A stretch of DNA of 64,000 bases from Pristiophorus japonicus. Lineage: Eukaryota. Shown piece after piece: positions 61,744 through 64,000 of the stretch; position 1 is the first letter of the stretch; each line of letters starts with the position of its first letter. The notes under the pieces were generated by a model. The model was not told the DNA's origin and did no database searches. It was given only the letters and a program-made list of their open reading frames with translations. The stretch is from the NCBI RefSeq assembly GCF_044704955.1, contig NC_091995.1, forward strand, positions 46,252,001-46,316,000. The letters run 5' to 3'. The translations under genes and the position numbers were made by a program.

Positions 61744-64000
61744 ATAACTGTCGAAATCTCGACCTCAGAAAAGAATGACTCCGACACTTACAGCTCCGGT
61801 GGAAGTTTCCCTTTTAATTTACTTGCTCGCAAGGGGTAGGTTTCACTCAGTCAAGGGCTAAACGAAACCTCCGCAATGGTACAGCTTCACAAGATATTTA
61901 TACAGTAAAACCCAAGTTCTGGCCTCTCCCTGTGTATTGCTCTGTCTCACAGTCAGTGAATACAGATAAAGAGTTAATTACTATATCCTGGTCCTGAAAT
62001 GGTGTCAAGATATTTCCTTTTGTCAGGGTTATCAGAAAGCCAAACGGCCATCACTCCATGAGTCATAGGTAATGGGCTATCACCTGTCTTGTATTGTATC
62101 AGGATTATCCAATTTCCTGGTCAGTTTACCTGTTTGCTTCAAATGGATGAGGTAAAGGAAAGAGATAATGGCTAGAAGATAAGGGTGGGGTGACATGGAA
62201 CTCCTGTAGTGTAGACAATAGGAGAGCACCATGGGGGGTTACTTGTCTCAGCATGACTTGTCTCCTAGCTGTCTGATAACCATCAGCCATCTAACAGCAG
62301 GTTTAGCTGTTCATAATAAGCTGGCTGCAAAAATGCAGAAAGTTCTGGAAGGGCCAGGACTCCATTTTAATCAAAAGGCACACAAATACCGTATGGTATC
62401 AGCTTAGATAAAAATACATGTCCACACTCTTTCGTCATCCAGGGAGCTCTGGCTTTGGTTGCCCTAACTATTCTCCTCGTTAAAATGTATCTCAACTGTA
62501 TCTGAACCATCTCTTCTTTAAAGGCAGCCCATTGTTTGACTACAGTTTTGCCTGTCAATCTTTGATTCCAATTTTCCCGGGCCAGATCCATTCTCAACTC
62601 ATGGAAATTGACCTTCCTCCAATTAAGTATATTTACACCAGATTGTTCCCTGTCCTTTTTCATAGCTATTCTAAACCTTGTGACACGGCAACCACTGTGC
62701 CCTAAATGTTAACCTACTGACACTTGCTCTACATGACCCAACTCCCTCACCAGACCAAGATCAAGCAATGGCTTATTCCTTATTGAGCTGGAAATGTATT
62801 GATCAAAAAAGTTCTCCTGAACACACTTCAGACATTCTTCCATTTGTGCCCTTTACACTATTAATATCATAGTCTATGTTAGATTAATTGAAATCCACAA
62901 TTATCACTATTCTATAGTTCTTGCACATCTCCTTAATTTCCATGTAAATGTGCTCCTATCTCCTTCTCACTCGTTGGTGGCCTACATAATATACTTAGTA
63001 GCGTAATGGCATCTCAATTGTTTTTCAACTTTAAGCTCACCAGGACATCTTATTTCTCCAGCACTGTAATATTCAATTAATCAATACTGCCAGCCCCCTC
63101 CATTCTTTTCTTCCCGTTCTTTCCTGAACACGTTATATCTAAATATATTTAGCACCCACTCCTATCCTCTTTTGAGCCACGTCATCATTATTGCCACGAT
63201 ATCATATCCCCATGTGTCTATTTGTGCCTGCAGCTCACCATCCTTATTTATCATTCTTCATTCATTTACACACATGCACTGTAAACCTATTTTATAAATT
63301 CTTGTATTCTCCCTTATTGTGACCCCACCTAATACTGTACTAGTTCTTACTCAAGTGTTATCTTTCTCTCCCAATCCTTTGTGCACCTTGTTTCTCATTT
63401 CTCGTGCTATATCATGGCACCCATCCTCCTGCCAAATTAGTTTACACCCTCCCCAACAGCATTAGCAGCCCTCCCCGCCTCCGCCCTCTCCCGTGCGAGG
63501 GCATTGGTCCCAGCTCTGTTGAGGTGCAACTCGTCCAGCCTGTACAGGTCCTATGTCCCCCAGAACCAGTCCCAATGTCCCAGAAATCTAATGCCTTCCC
63601 TCCTGCACCATCTCTACAGCCACTCATTCATCTGTCCTATCCTTCTATTTCTATACTCACTAGCTGGTGGCACTGGGAGTAATCCAGAGATTACTACCTT
63701 TGAGGTCCTACTTTATAATCTCTCTCCTAGCTCCCTAAAATCTGCCTGAAGGACCTCATCGCACTTTCTAACTATGTCGTTGAAACCAACACTGACCATG
63801 ACCTCCCCCCTCAGATATGTTCTGCAGCCGCTCAGTGACATCCTTGGATCTGGCACCAGGGATGGAAAATACCATCTAGGAATCAGGTCTGCAGCCGCAG
63901 AAACAGCTGTCTGTTCCCCTAACTATACAATCTCTAATTACAATTGCTTTCACAATCGTTCTCCTCCCCTCCACCAGCTGAGCCACCTGTGACGCCATGG

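Larger units (their letters stand above)
56243..62426 (-). mobile_element. Endogenous retrovirus, class I (epsilon/gamma-like), internally deleted provirus
   Basis: LTRs 61749-62426 (5') and 56243-56921 (3') with TG...CA ends and about 6 differences; 4-bp TSD ctct; PBS at 61726-61743; PPT aaaatgggggaa; gag, pol and env remnants in retroviral order. Confidence 0.96.
54668..64000 (-). mobile_element. Long decayed CR1 LINE (ORF1 esterase region to 3' tail) split by the ERV
   Basis: 3' tail at about 54668; RT remnants to 56242; RAPWMTKE junction resumes at 62431; ORF1 esterase-like RFLGHWDWFWG...LHLNRAG at about 63510-63690. Confidence 0.85.

Overview
Repeat-rich vertebrate DNA, most likely from a cartilaginous fish (shark-type CR1 LINEs, a Deu-domain SINE, the expanded GPR139-like family); nothing prokaryotic and no CRISPR. 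The main gene is a divergent, non-classical MHC class I heavy-chain gene on the minus strand spanning about 26 kb: an X1-X2-Y promoter module and signal-peptide exon near 54.4-54.6 kb, then alpha1 (35810-36070), alpha2 (31895-32170), alpha3 (31420-31685, one base short), TM (29442-29549) and a probable terminal exon giving the tail RKKRRVYNVV. Its predicted groove is unusually hydrophobic. Next to it are two GPR139-like GPCR genes: a two-exon copy with a single in-frame TGA (112-2399, minus) and a decayed paralogue missed by the ORF track (about 24470-25317, plus). The rest is nested mobile DNA: many CR1 LINEs, a Penelope element whose terminal repeats carry minimal hammerhead ribozymes, two Harbinger relics, MITEs, a solo LTR, a full-length Mag-like Gypsy element, and a young, internally deleted class I endogenous retrovirus (tRNA-Gln PBS, truncated env). 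There is also a tRNA-Gly/CR1-tail chimera, two minisatellites, purine/pyrimidine tracts and two N gaps. Everything was read by eye; LINE and MITE boundaries are approximate.
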